A stretch of 64,000 nt of DNA from Eubacteriales bacterium (GCA_045611685.1 JAZKXO010000106.1:13833-77832), one strand, 5' to 3'; positions 19,558 through 29,306 are shown, numbered from the stretch's first letter. The notes: generated by a model from the letters alone, not told the origin. A program made the numbers and translations.

Positions 19558-20442
19558 ATGGTTAAGGATTTTTGTAAAAAACTCGCTTTTCCGACAGAAG
19601 CCACAGTGTGTCTCACCGAGGCGTATAGTAAAATTGTATCCGACCCCGAGGCGCTTTCTCTAATCTATAAAACTATGGATATTGTCTACAAAGTAAAAGA
19701 CAACTCTTTTGTCCCGCTTTTACAAGAAATTTCCGAGAAAACGGGTATCCACAGATATACCTCCGATCTCGTGTTTTGGATTATGAGCGCAAAACCGCTT
19801 TATTACATTTATAACGAGAAAAAACTTCCTGAAAACCTCTATTGGGATGCTATGGCGGATCTCCGATACAAACTCATGGAGTGCTATAATCTGCACGGAA
19901 TTTGGGGCGTTTTTTCTACGTGGTTTTCGAAGTTTTATACTCTTGAACGTATGACGTTCGGAAGACTCCATTATGACGTACTTAAATGGGGAGGAGATGC
20001 CTACCGAGGCGTTTTGATGCCAGGTGACACGTACTATCGGTCCCATATCCCTTCAAGCGGACCTTTGACTCCCGAGTCCGTTATGGATTCGCTTAAAAAG
20101 GTGTATGCCTATTATAAAGACGACTTGAAAAACGGACTTATGCCGGTTGCATGCAATTCGTGGCTTTTGTATCCGCCCGTTACTGCTTTGTTCGGGGAAA
20201 ATTCAAACACGAAGAAATTCTGCGATCTCTTCGATCTGATCGGGACGAAGGAAGATCCAATGAACCGCGATTTTTGGCGTGTATTCAATAAGGAGTATAA
20301 AGGCCCCGAAACACTCCGCGAGATTACGGCAGAAAAACCTCTCCAGAAGAATTTGAAAGAGTATCTCGAGGCGGGGAACTCATTCGGTATCGGCTACGGA
20401 ATTCTTCTTTTTGATGGTGAAAAAGTCATAAATTACAACTAA
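19558..20442 (+). CDS. Putative acyltransferase (GNAT-like C-terminal domain family)
   Basis: TFGRL, HIPSSGPL, CNSWLL, FWRVF, LQK pattern, which I recognise from this uncharacterised family. AAAGGAG RBS before ATG 19558. Confidence 0.6.
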   Translation: MVKDFCKKLAFPTEATVCLTEAYSKIVSDPEALSLIYKTMDIVYKVKDNSFVPLLQEISEKTGIHRYTSDLVFWIMSAKPLYYIYNEKKLPENLYWDAMADLRYKLMECYNLHGIWGVFSTWFSKFYTLERMTFGRLHYDVLKWGGDAYRGVLMPGDTYYRSHIPSSGPLTPESVMDSLKKVYAYYKDDLKNGLMPVACNSWLLYPPVTALFGENSNTKKFCDLFDLIGTKEDPMNRDFWRVFNKEYKGPETLREITAEKPLQKNLKEYLEAGNSFGIGYGILLFDGEKVINYN

Positions 20443-20447
20443 TTTTT

Positions 20448-20475
20448 GCACGGTCTTGAAAAAGACCGTGCTTTT
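20448..20475 (+). terminator. Intrinsic terminator
   Basis: GCACGGTCTT-gaaa-AAGACCGTGC-TTTT. Confidence 0.75.
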
Positions 20476-20601
20476 ATTCATATAGTGTAAACAGATTGTT
20501 AATAAGGAAAATTGCACAAATTTTCTTGCGCGAGTTCGAAAAATATGGTATACTGTAATGGTAGTTTTCTTTCAAATAGAACCCGGGTTAAGGAGAATTT
20601 T

Positions 20602-23600
20602 ATGAAAATGCGTTTTTCTCGTCTTCTGGCACTTCTCTTGGTGCTCACCCTGGCTGTGCCTACTGCCGCACTCACTGCGGTAATTTCTGCCGCTGACGGC
20701 GGCTTCCCATCCATCACGGCAACCGTGCCGGCATCTGCCTCGTCGGCAGTAATGACTGTCTATTCGGAGGATTTCGAGGGCAGCACGGCATCCCTTTTTG
20801 AATCTACCGCCGGCAAGACGTACAATAAAAGCGGTGAAAAGTGTGTTACCGAGCAGAAAGAGTCCGGTAATAGTGTCCTTGACATTGATTACAGCAAACT
20901 CGATTGGGGCAAGATCGCCGAAAAGGGCGGCACTGCCGTCAGAAACCCGATTTCATCATCTAACTCCACCAAAACAGGCGAAGAGTACGATTTTCCGGAG
21001 CTTGAACAGGGCTTCGTGCTCTCTTTGGACTTCCGCAAAGTAACGGATGCTGTCTTTACCGGCAAAGAAGAAACGGAGCGCCTCCACATCTCTTATTATG
21101 CCGAACTGAACAACCGAAAAGGCTTTGAGATATTCACCGAGCCGCTCAAGGCAGGTGAATGGTACAAGATTACTATAACCGCTGCAAACGGCGGTCAGAC
21201 GTTTACCGTTACCGCTACGGACAAGGCCGGTACTGTGACGGAACTGAAATGGAACCACCATGCGGGAATGAGCTCGGGTAGCTTTAATAAGATCTCGATC
21301 ATTCCGATCACCAGAGGCGGCGATGTCAGCGAAGGCCGTCAAGAGACGCATTTTCAGATCGATAACATCCTTCTGACGACGGAAAGCAAAGCGCCTATCA
21401 CTGCCGTTCTCACTCCCGATACCGCCATCAAAGGCGAAGTAACGCCTATTCTCGTAGGTTACGACTCCCAGGGTAAAGTTACCGCTATGGTAACAGGCGC
21501 GATGGTTGATACTGCAAAATCGACCAAATCCGAATTTTTTATGCTTCAGTATGAGGACGCTTTGAAGGCATCCAAATCTGTAAAGGTACTGTACTGGGAG
21601 AACCTGCAGTCTGCAAAGCCGTACGCAAATCCTGTCGAAATCGGTGATAAGATCGATCCCGCAGTAGGTACCGCGGCAGGGAAGACTGAGTCGTTTGCGA
21701 TCACTTCCGCTATGACGCCCACCGGTACGGCCGATGCGTACTCTATCCTTGTGTACGCTGTACCGAACTTTGCGACGAAAGAGGCTATTCCCGGTTACGA
21801 CGCTGCCTCTCACACGCTTTTGTATCTCGGCCAGAGCGGAAGCGCATTTACCTCGGTTCCGTATGATGGTACTCTTTTTGACTCTGCCACGCAGGATATC
21901 GTTGTAACCGTGCATAATGGCAAGACCTCGGTTACGACTCTTATTGAATACACCGTGCTCCCGTCTCTCACCAACATCGTGATCCAGCTCGGTGAGAACG
22001 AGTCCAAACTGAACTTCACATGGTTTTCCCTCAGCGATGCTATCGGTAAGATTTCCTTTGCCAAGGAATCTGAACTTGTGAACGGACAGCTTCCCGCAAA
22101 TGCGACCGTTGTTACGGCTGACCGCACCGAGTCTGTAAAAGCCGGTTACTTTGGCAACAAGGCAACGATTGAAGGTCTTGAGCCGAGCACTACATACTAT
22201 TACCAGATCACAAACGGAACCGACAAAACGGATCTTACGAAGATCGCTACCTCCGATTCCGATTCCTTCACCTTTGCATTTGCCGGCGACCCGCAGATCG
22301 GCCGCGGCTACGGAAGTGATTATTCCAAGGCGATGGAATGCATTGAGGCTGACGGCGAAGCGTGGGGCAGAACTCTTTCTCAAATGGAAAACTCCCCTGA
22401 ATTTGCAGGCGTTGATTTCTTGATGGTCGCCGGCGACCTTACCAACACGCACCTTATCGAATACTATAAGGACTACTATGGCCTCACCGATGCTGCGTCG
22501 AACTTTATCGGTCAGGAGCTTCAATGGGACGCGTACTCAAATCAGGAGGAGCTTCTCGGCATACCGACGGTAACTGTCCTCGGTAACCACGATAACGATC
22601 CGTACGCTGTGTATCCTTCTCACCTGAATCAGCCCAATATGCTCAAGAAGCCTGACGGCACCTACTACGGCGCCACCTATGAGACCAGAGCCGGCAACTA
22701 CCTCCATAGCGCAGATTACTATTTTACCTACAATTCTGTGTTGTTCATCGTTCTTAACGTAAACAATTTCAAAGCGACGAGTGCTTCCGCAGCTGCTACC
22801 GCTGCCGATAAGGCTGTCGCTGAGGAGCACGGTGAGTTCGTGAAGCGTGTAATGGAGGAAACGAAGGGCCAGGAGTTTGACTGGACGATCGTACTGTACC
22901 ATGAATCCCCTTACGGTTCGAGCTATCATGGAAACTACACCGTAAATTCGTCCGGTGAATTCAACAGAACTGAGCAGCATGCGTTCATCAATATGAGAAC
23001 GTATCTCTTGCCCATCCTCTATGAAAACGGTGTCGATCTCGTTCTTTCCGGACACGATCACTGCTATACCCGTACGCACATCCTGAAGCCCGCTACGGAT
23101 GAAAACGGCAATTACATCGACGCTTCTATTATCACGCCGTATGAGGATGGTTCATACGTCTACGAGGACGGCTCCACAACGCCGAAATTCGTTTCCTGGA
23201 AGGATGATACCGGTAAGATCCACACGGATCTGAAGGTTGAGTCCAAGCCCGTAAAGGTTATCAATCCTGATGGTATTCTCCACGTTACCGGTGCAAACAG
23301 CACGGGTTCTCTGCCGAACGCAGCGCAGTATGAAAACATCTATACTGCGGTCAAGGCAACTGCCGATAAGCGTCATCTGACGCGTATTGACGTCTCTGAG
23401 AACGAGCTTACGCTCATAACCTACAACCTCGGTCCCAAGGATTCCGATAATATCACGGTCGTTGATACTTTTACCATCGTCCACACGTCTGATACCGATC
23501 CGGTTGTCCCGGGTACCGATCCGGTTGTTCCGGATACCGATCCTGTTGTCCCGGGTACCGATCCCGTTGTTCCGGGCACCGATCCTGTTGAACCCGGTAC

Positions 23601-23703
23601 GAGAGCAAGCGTTGTTCCGATTATCATCCTTGTCGTGGTTTCACTCTGCGCACTTGTTCTTGTGTTTGTGGCTGTAAGGGTTTCTGTTAAGCGGAAGAAA
23701 TAA
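20602..23703 (+). CDS. Secreted, membrane-anchored multidomain metallophosphoesterase (purple acid phosphatase-like, FN3-type N domain)
   Basis: Signal peptide MKMRFSRLLALLL; LNFTWFS, LEPSTTYYYQI; GDPQ, GDL, GNHD, YHESPY, SGHDHCYTR motifs; C-terminal TM helix plus KRKK. Confidence 0.85.
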   Translation: MKMRFSRLLALLLVLTLAVPTAALTAVISAADGGFPSITATVPASASSAVMTVYSEDFEGSTASLFESTAGKTYNKSGEKCVTEQKESGNSVLDIDYSKLDWGKIAEKGGTAVRNPISSSNSTKTGEEYDFPELEQGFVLSLDFRKVTDAVFTGKEETERLHISYYAELNNRKGFEIFTEPLKAGEWYKITITAANGGQTFTVTATDKAGTVTELKWNHHAGMSSGSFNKISIIPITRGGDVSEGRQETHFQIDNILLTTESKAPITAVLTPDTAIKGEVTPILVGYDSQGKVTAMVTGAMVDTAKSTKSEFFMLQYEDALKASKSVKVLYWENLQSAKPYANPVEIGDKIDPAVGTAAGKTESFAITSAMTPTGTADAYSILVYAVPNFATKEAIPGYDAASHTLLYLGQSGSAFTSVPYDGTLFDSATQDIVVTVHNGKTSVTTLIEYTVLPSLTNIVIQLGENESKLNFTWFSLSDAIGKISFAKESELVNGQLPANATVVTADRTESVKAGYFGNKATIEGLEPSTTYYYQITNGTDKTDLTKIATSDSDSFTFAFAGDPQIGRGYGSDYSKAMECIEADGEAWGRTLSQMENSPEFAGVDFLMVAGDLTNTHLIEYYKDYYGLTDAASNFIGQELQWDAYSNQEELLGIPTVTVLGNHDNDPYAVYPSHLNQPNMLKKPDGTYYGATYETRAGNYLHSADYYFTYNSVLFIVLNVNNFKATSASAAATAADKAVAEEHGEFVKRVMEETKGQEFDWTIVLYHESPYGSSYHGNYTVNSSGEFNRTEQHAFINMRTYLLPILYENGVDLVLSGHDHCYTRTHILKPATDENGNYIDASIITPYEDGSYVYEDGSTTPKFVSWKDDTGKIHTDLKVESKPVKVINPDGILHVTGANSTGSLPNAAQYENIYTAVKATADKRHLTRIDVSENELTLITYNLGPKDSDNITVVDTFTIVHTSDTDPVVPGTDPVVPDTDPVVPGTDPVVPGTDPVEPGTRASVVPIIILVVVSLCALVLVFVAVRVSVKRKK
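23491..23600 (+). repeat. 21-bp coding tandem repeat, about 5 copies of (D/G)TDPVVP, forming a stalk
   Basis: gataccgatccggttgtcccg / ggtaccgatccggttgttccg and variants, immediately before the TM anchor. Confidence 0.95.
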
Positions 23704-23715
23704 GCTGCATAATTT

Positions 23716-23745
23716 AAAGGCGTCTGCAAAAGCAGACGCCTTTTT
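23716..23745. terminator. Bidirectional terminator between the phosphoesterase gene and sigG
   Basis: AAAGGCGTCTGC-aaaa-GCAGACGCCTTTTT. Confidence 0.8.
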
Positions 23746-23746
23746 G

Positions 23747-24520
23747 CTACATTTGTTTTCGGATTCTGTCAAGCGCACCTTTTTCGAGTCTGGATACCTG
23801 GGCTTGCGAAATACCGATTTCTTCGGCAATTTCCATCTGTGTCTTTCCTTTGTAAAAACGCATTTGGATGATTTTCTTTTCGCGGTCGGAAAGCTTTTTC
23901 ATTGCTTCTTTGAGTGCAATGTTTTCTAGCCACGCTTCATCGCTCGACGATGTGTCACTCACTTGATCGATCACGTAAATGGAATCTCCGCCGTCGTTGT
24001 AGACCGGTTCGTAGAGGGATACCGGTTCTATGATCGCTTCAATGGCTTGATGAATGCTTTCTTCTTTTTCGCCGAGTTCTTTGGCGATCTGCGCGATCGT
24101 TGGTTCAGAATCCGCGTTTTTTGACAGTTGCTCGCGCATCTGAAGTGCTCTGTACGCAAGATCACGGATAGAACGGCTCACGCGGATCGTGTTGTTGTCT
24201 CTGAGATACCGTCTGACCTCGCCGATGATCATCGGAACTGCGTAGGTGGAGAATTTCACGTCAAGCTCGATATTGAAATTGTCAATCGCTTTTATAAGTC
24301 CTATGCATCCAACTTGGAACAGATCGTCCATGTTCTCACGTCGGTTTGTGAAACGCTGAATGATACTTAGAACAAGCCGAAGATTACCGTCTATCAGTTT
24401 TTGCCGTGCCTCGGCATCACCTGCTTTCGTTTGTATCAAAAGCTTGCGCTTTTCGTCGCTTGTGAGTGTTGCCAGCTTTGCTGTATTAACGCCGCATATT
24501 TCTACTTTGTTATAATACAT
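23747..24520 (-). CDS. sigG: Forespore RNA polymerase sigma factor SigG
   Basis: MYYNKVEICGVNTAKL N-terminus, GNLRLVLS, DDLFQVGCIGL, GKTQMEIAEEIGISQAQVSRLEK. Confidence 0.95.
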   Translation of the reverse strand: MYYNKVEICGVNTAKLATLTSDEKRKLLIQTKAGDAEARQKLIDGNLRLVLSIIQRFTNRRENMDDLFQVGCIGLIKAIDNFNIELDVKFSTYAVPMIIGEVRRYLRDNNTIRVSRSIRDLAYRALQMREQLSKNADSEPTIAQIAKELGEKEESIHQAIEAIIEPVSLYEPVYNDGGDSIYVIDQVSDTSSSDEAWLENIALKEAMKKLSDREKKIIQMRFYKGKTQMEIAEEIGISQAQVSRLEKGALDRIRKQM

Positions 24521-24558
24521 GTCCGCATTCAATCCTTACTTTCGCAAGTTGATACAGA

Positions 24559-24589
24559 CAGTATTGCCGAGTTCAGATATGGGTTATGC
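24559..24589 (-). promoter_or_regulatory. SigF/SigG-type promoter upstream of sigG
   Basis: Minus strand GCATA-16 bp-GGCAATACTG matches the B. subtilis sigma-F consensus GYATA...GGnnAnAHTR. Confidence 0.65.
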
Positions 24590-24659
24590 AAATGAGCGTA
24601 TGCATCTTATTTCCATATTGGGAAAGAAAAAGAGGGTGAGTAAACACCCGCTCTTTGCA

Positions 24660-25571
24660 TTAATAACGGCTCTCAGTTTCGCGGATTTTTTCGTAGAGGT
24701 TACGGATAACAGGTTCGTCTGCCGCGCACAGGGGGATAAACGGCGCCCGTACGCTGCCGCACTCGATACCGAGGAGCCGCAAAACGCCCTTGGCTGCAGC
24801 ATAAAGGGAAGACGCTTTTTTCGTTTCGTAAATCAGTCCCGTGATCTCCTTTTGCAGAGATGCCGCTTTTTCCGTGTCACCCTTTGTGATGAGATCTTCG
24901 AGTTTCATAAATAGTTCGGGCATATATCCGTACGTACCGCCGATACCGCCCGAGGCGCCCATGAGGCGTCCTGCAAGGTACTGCTCATCCGGACCGTTGA
25001 AGATTGCGACGTCTTCGCCGCCGAACATGCGAAAACGCATAATATCCTGGACGGATCCTGACGAGTTCTTAACACCGGCAACGCGTCCCGTTTCGAGCAT
25101 TTTTAAAAACAGATCCGTCGGCAGATTGAAGCCGTTCGTCGTGCCGGGGATGTTGTAGATGAACATGGGAACGGCATCAGTTGCATGGAGCACATCCGTC
25201 CAGTATTTGTAAACGACCTTTTCGCTGAGTCCGTAATAAAATCCCGGCACCATGGCGATCGCATCGACACCGATTTTTTCGGCGTGCTGTGCTAAGGTAA
25301 TGCTGTCCCTTGTAGCCGGCGCCGCGATGTGGGCGATCACTGTCATCTTGTCGCCGACTGCTTCCATAACCGCTTCGAGCGTTGCCTTTCTTTCCTCTAT
25401 CGTGTGAAAGACGCATTCGCCTGAGCTACCCGTCACGTAAAGGCCCTTCATTCCGAGGGAATGATAAAACGACGCGAGCTTTGACGCGCGTTCGCGCGAA
25501 ATGTTTCCTTCCTCATCGTAGCAGGCGTAGAAAGCCGGAAATACGCCTCTGTATTTTTTCTGTACAGCCAT
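24660..25571 (-). CDS. nanA: N-acetylneuraminate lyase (DHDPS family)
   Basis: GVFPAFYACYD, GLYVTGSSGEC, FIYNIP, GVKNSS (Schiff-base Lys), NGPDEQ; lies in an operon with nanE and nanK. Confidence 0.85.
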   Translation of the reverse strand: MAVQKKYRGVFPAFYACYDEEGNISRERASKLASFYHSLGMKGLYVTGSSGECVFHTIEERKATLEAVMEAVGDKMTVIAHIAAPATRDSITLAQHAEKIGVDAIAMVPGFYYGLSEKVVYKYWTDVLHATDAVPMFIYNIPGTTNGFNLPTDLFLKMLETGRVAGVKNSSGSVQDIMRFRMFGGEDVAIFNGPDEQYLAGRLMGASGGIGGTYGYMPELFMKLEDLITKGDTEKAASLQKEITGLIYETKKASSLYAAAKGVLRLLGIECGSVRAPFIPLCAADEPVIRNLYEKIRETESRY

Positions 25572-25592
25572 AATAGTTCTCCTTTATGTAAG

Positions 25593-26708
25593 TTAAATAT
25601 TGATTATACTACCGTCAATCATCGTAAACCGAATGCGGTAGTCAGTGTCCATGCCGACGAGATCCGCTTTAAACGAGGGAGCGATGTCGCCGAGTGTTTT
25701 TTTTGAGATCCGTCTTGCGGGCGTGTTTGAGGTCATACAGAAAACGTCCCACGGATCGATGCCGATACTGATCAAAGCACGTGCACAGTCATCCATCAAA
25801 TACCGTCCACCGGTTAAGGTGCCGTTTTCAAGACGCGGACTGCCGTCTTTAACAATGCGGTCATCATATCGGCCATCCGGCATGCCCGTCAACGTCACAG
25901 CGTCCGTGATTACCGAAAGACGTCTCGGACCTACAGCCTTTACCAGCAAGCGGATAATCTCAGGAGCAAGATGCACAAGGTCGCAAACGATCTCCGAGAA
26001 CACGCCGTCATTGATGACAGCTTCAGTGAGAAGTCCCGGATCGCGATGGTTGATTGGGCGCGTTGCATTGAAGAAATGCGTAATGCCGTCGAGTCCAGCC
26101 TTTATCGCCGTGCGCATTTCTTCAGCTGTTGCGTTACTGTGACCTGCGTTCACGTGAACATTGTTTTCTTTTAAGTAACGTATTAATTCTAAAGCACCTT
26201 CAAGTTCCGGCGCGAGTGTGATCTGCTTTACTGCCGATGCGTGGTTACCCGTGAGTTTTTCGAAATGCTCCAAAGAGGGAAGCGTGATGTACTGCCCATT
26301 GATCCCACCTTTTTTTTCGAAATTAAGGAAAGGTCCCTCAAGATGAACACCGAGGACTCTCGCGCCGTTATCCACAGGGTTCTTCATTATTTCATCATAA
26401 AACGCAACCGCATCTCGGATCTTTTCGGGCGGCGAGGAACTGAGCGTCGGCAGGATGCCTGTAACGCCGTGTAAAGCCAATCTTTTGAGCCACTGTTCAT
26501 TCTCTTCTTTGTTAGGTGAAGCGGCGTTGTACCCAAGCGATCCGTGCGCGTGCAATTCAATCATTCCGGGGATGAGAATGGGCACGTCGTACGTATTCGC
26601 ATCTTCACTTGCGCTGATATGGTCAATGATTCCGTCTTCTATATAGACACGTGCGTTATGTAGCCAGCCGCTTGAAGTCCATACCTGTTTTGCATAAATT
26701 GAGTTCAT
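25593..26708 (-). CDS. nagA: N-acetylglucosamine-6-phosphate deacetylase
   Basis: PGMIELHAHG, GVHLEGPF, TLAPE, AGHSNA, THFFNA, ITDA motifs. Confidence 0.93.
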   Translation of the reverse strand: MNSIYAKQVWTSSGWLHNARVYIEDGIIDHISASEDANTYDVPILIPGMIELHAHGSLGYNAASPNKEENEQWLKRLALHGVTGILPTLSSSPPEKIRDAVAFYDEIMKNPVDNGARVLGVHLEGPFLNFEKKGGINGQYITLPSLEHFEKLTGNHASAVKQITLAPELEGALELIRYLKENNVHVNAGHSNATAEEMRTAIKAGLDGITHFFNATRPINHRDPGLLTEAVINDGVFSEIVCDLVHLAPEIIRLLVKAVGPRRLSVITDAVTLTGMPDGRYDDRIVKDGSPRLENGTLTGGRYLMDDCARALISIGIDPWDVFCMTSNTPARRISKKTLGDIAPSFKADLVGMDTDYRIRFTMIDGSIINI

Positions 26709-26732
26709 TTGAATTTTCCTTTGTACGGAAGA

Positions 26733-27419
26733 TTATTTGAGTGCCTTCACATAGCGCTGTGTGATTTTCAAAGGACGCGTGATCGCTGAGCCGACAACGC
26801 ACGCGTGCACGCCTTGATCCATCGCCGTGCGAAGTTCCTCGGGAGAGAAGATACCACCCTCGGCAATAACGGGCGTGTGGAGCGTTTCGGCGAGTTTATG
26901 CATAAAATCGAAATTCGGCGGCGGCAGATGGCGTGTATCATCCGTATAGCCGTTCAAAGTCGTGCCGATAAAATCAAACCCGAGTTCTTGGGCGCGCAGG
27001 GCATCCTCATAGGTGGCGCAATCGGCCATAAATAACTGTTCGGGATATTTTTTGCGGACTTCTTTGAAGAATTCGGTGACCGTACTGCCGTCGGGGCGGA
27101 TTCTTGATGTCGCGTCCGTGGCGATGATGGAAACGCCTACTTCCACGAGAGCGTCGATTTCTTTGAGAGTCGGGGTGATTCTGACTTTGCAGTTTTCGTA
27201 ATCCTGTTTTATGATACCGATGATTGGGAGAGGGACGGTCTTTTTGATTTCCCGTATGTCTTCAACGGAATTTGCACGGATGCCGACGGCACCGCCGAGA
27301 TAGGCGGCATACGCCATACGTCCCATAATAAAGCTGCTGTGAAGCGGCTCATCGGCGAGTGCCTGGCAAGATACGATAAGCCCGCCGCGCAGTTTCTCCA
27401 TAAGTTCTTGTTTCGTCAT
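26733..27419 (-). CDS. nanE: N-acetylmannosamine-6-phosphate 2-epimerase
   Basis: GLIVSCQAL, GAVGIRANS, PIIGIIKQDY, RITPT, GTTLNGYT, IAEG, VGSAITRP. Confidence 0.96.
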   Translation of the reverse strand: MTKQELMEKLRGGLIVSCQALADEPLHSSFIMGRMAYAAYLGGAVGIRANSVEDIREIKKTVPLPIIGIIKQDYENCKVRITPTLKEIDALVEVGVSIIATDATSRIRPDGSTVTEFFKEVRKKYPEQLFMADCATYEDALRAQELGFDFIGTTLNGYTDDTRHLPPPNFDFMHKLAETLHTPVIAEGGIFSPEELRTAMDQGVHACVVGSAITRPLKITQRYVKALK

Positions 27420-27438
27420 TTTTGTCTCCTTTTATTGC

Positions 27439-28329
27439 TTAGCTTTCATTAAGCCGTTGTTTTGCGTATACGGCGGCACCAATCATGCCTGCCTTGTTTC
27501 CAAGTTCAGCTGCAAGAATATCTACGTCCGCAAAGGTGGGGATAACTCTTTTTAAAAAACGTTTTTTGATATCGGCAAGAAGAACTTCCTCCTGCATAAC
27601 ACCGCCCCCCAAAATGATCGCGCACGGGTTAAATATGTACGTGAGGGTCAGGAGTCCTTCTGTGATTTCGTCTTCCCAAGCGGTGATGACGCGGCGAAGT
27701 CTCAGATCCTTTTCTGCCTCATTGAAAATTTCTTTTGCGTTTTCGAGTTCGGGACGGAGTTTTCTTGCGCTATCCAGGAGCGCCGTTGTAGATGCATACT
27801 GTTCGTAGCATCCGCGGTGTCCGCATCCGCAGAGACGGCCGCCTTTATGCGTTACCATGTGTCCCATTTCCCCCGCGATTCCTTTTGTGCCTGTGAACAG
27901 CCTTCCGTTTTGAATAATGGCACCGCCAACGCCTGTCCCGTAAGTGAGACAGAGAAAATCCTTATGTGCACGACCGGCACCCAAATGTGCTTCACCTAAG
28001 GCGGCGGCATTCGCATCGTTAAGGATAAAAGCGGGGCGGCCGAGCGCTTTTTCCAATATTTCGCCGGCAGGGTAAGCCTGTGCGTCCTCGCCGGCGGCTT
28101 TATTATATCGGAAAAGCATAGTTTTTGCTTTGTCGTCAATCTGCCCGCGCATCGAGGCACTGAGAACATCGAAGTCGCCGTATTCGCCCGCAATATGGAT
28201 GACTTTCTCCATGCGGACTTCAACGTTCTTATCAGATGATGTTGTGCGAACGTCCGACAACTTGCCCGTGTCATCAATGATAGCTGACTTGATTGCCGTA
28301 CCTCCCACGTCCATTACAAGAATTCTCAT
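27439..28329 (-). CDS. nanK: ROK-family sugar kinase (ManNAc kinase)
   Basis: MDVGGTAIK, NDANAAALGE, TYGTGVGG, GEMGH, CGCGHRGCYE; nan operon context. Confidence 0.8.
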   Translation of the reverse strand: MRILVMDVGGTAIKSAIIDDTGKLSDVRTTSSDKNVEVRMEKVIHIAGEYGDFDVLSASMRGQIDDKAKTMLFRYNKAAGEDAQAYPAGEILEKALGRPAFILNDANAAALGEAHLGAGRAHKDFLCLTYGTGVGGAIIQNGRLFTGTKGIAGEMGHMVTHKGGRLCGCGHRGCYEQYASTTALLDSARKLRPELENAKEIFNEAEKDLRLRRVITAWEDEITEGLLTLTYIFNPCAIILGGGVMQEEVLLADIKKRFLKRVIPTFADVDILAAELGNKAGMIGAAVYAKQRLNES

Positions 28330-28469
28330 ATATAATCCTCCTTCTTATACACAATTATAACATAAATTTTTCCACATAAGTTTGAGTATTTTGCCATGTT
28401 TTTTATTGTGGTTGCTTTTTTGCAAAAATGTGATATAATAAGGATCAAGCAATGAAAAGAGGGACAGAT

Positions 28470-29279
28470 ATGCGAATCATACATCATGAAAGAGGGCGCG
28501 ACCCGCTTTATAACATTTGGAATTCTTCTGAGGAATGCATGATCATTTATTTTTACTCCGACGGCGGTAACGTAGTCTTTCAAAATAAGATATATCCGAT
28601 AAAAAGGGGTGGACTTTGCTTCATCCGTGCGGGGGAACAGCACTACACACTCCCTGATAAGCCGGAAATATATGACAGAAGCAAAATATTTGTTTCCGAA
28701 AAGAAACTCAACGATATGCTGAATCTTGCATACGGAGATGATGTATTGAACAGCTTGTTTCGGAGTAATTCAGTAATTTATGCGCAAATACCGGAAAGTG
28801 ATCGGTCGGATGTGGAAAAAATATACGAGAAGGCACTTGATGCGTTGGGTGACAAAATTGACGAGACAGTTTTTACATGCTGTTTCTTTCAGTTACTTAT
28901 TTACTTGAGGGATTATTCGTCAGGCCGCATCACAAACAGAAGCGATTCTTTGACAAGGACGATTGATTTTATAAACCGTAGTTATGCTTCTCCCATCACT
29001 CTTGATGATGTCAGCGCCGGAGTGCATATGAGTAAGTACTATTTATGCCGTCGCTTTAAAGAAGCGCTCGGTGTGACGATCATGGAATATCTCCTTAAAA
29101 CCCGAATCGCGGCTGCAAAAAATCTCCTTGCATCTGATCGCATATCTATCAGCGAGATTGCGGAAAAATGCGGTTTTTCAAGCACATCTTACTTTAGCCA
29201 GATCTTTAAAAAATCCACCGGCTTAACGCCGATTCGATACAGAAACCGCTTGGGTGAAAACGAAAACTCCCGACCTTAA
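28470..29279 (+). CDS. AraC-family transcriptional regulator, divergent from the nan operon
   Basis: C-terminal double HTH: ITLDDVS..MSKYYLCRRFK..ISEIAEKCGFSSTSYFSQIFKKSTGLTP. Confidence 0.93.
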   Translation: MRIIHHERGRDPLYNIWNSSEECMIIYFYSDGGNVVFQNKIYPIKRGGLCFIRAGEQHYTLPDKPEIYDRSKIFVSEKKLNDMLNLAYGDDVLNSLFRSNSVIYAQIPESDRSDVEKIYEKALDALGDKIDETVFTCCFFQLLIYLRDYSSGRITNRSDSLTRTIDFINRSYASPITLDDVSAGVHMSKYYLCRRFKEALGVTIMEYLLKTRIAAAKNLLASDRISISEIAEKCGFSSTSYFSQIFKKSTGLTPIRYRNRLGENENSRP

Positions 29280-29292
29280 TTCGGGAGTTTTT
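29262..29292. terminator. Bidirectional terminator shared by araC and the duplicated spoIVB 3' end
   Basis: AAAACTCCCGA-ccttaat-TCGGGAGTTTTT. Confidence 0.75.
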
Positions 29293-29306
29293 GTAATGAG
29301 TGATAA

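Noticed and set aside
23491-23600. Short repeats as a CRISPR array
   Set aside because: The units are contiguous, in frame and have no spacers; no cas genes or repeat-spacer arrays were seen anywhere in the window.
19359-23745. tRNA-Lys as the integration site of an island carrying the acyltransferase and phosphoesterase genes
   Set aside because: I saw no duplicated tRNA 3' end, integrase or other mobility gene downstream.
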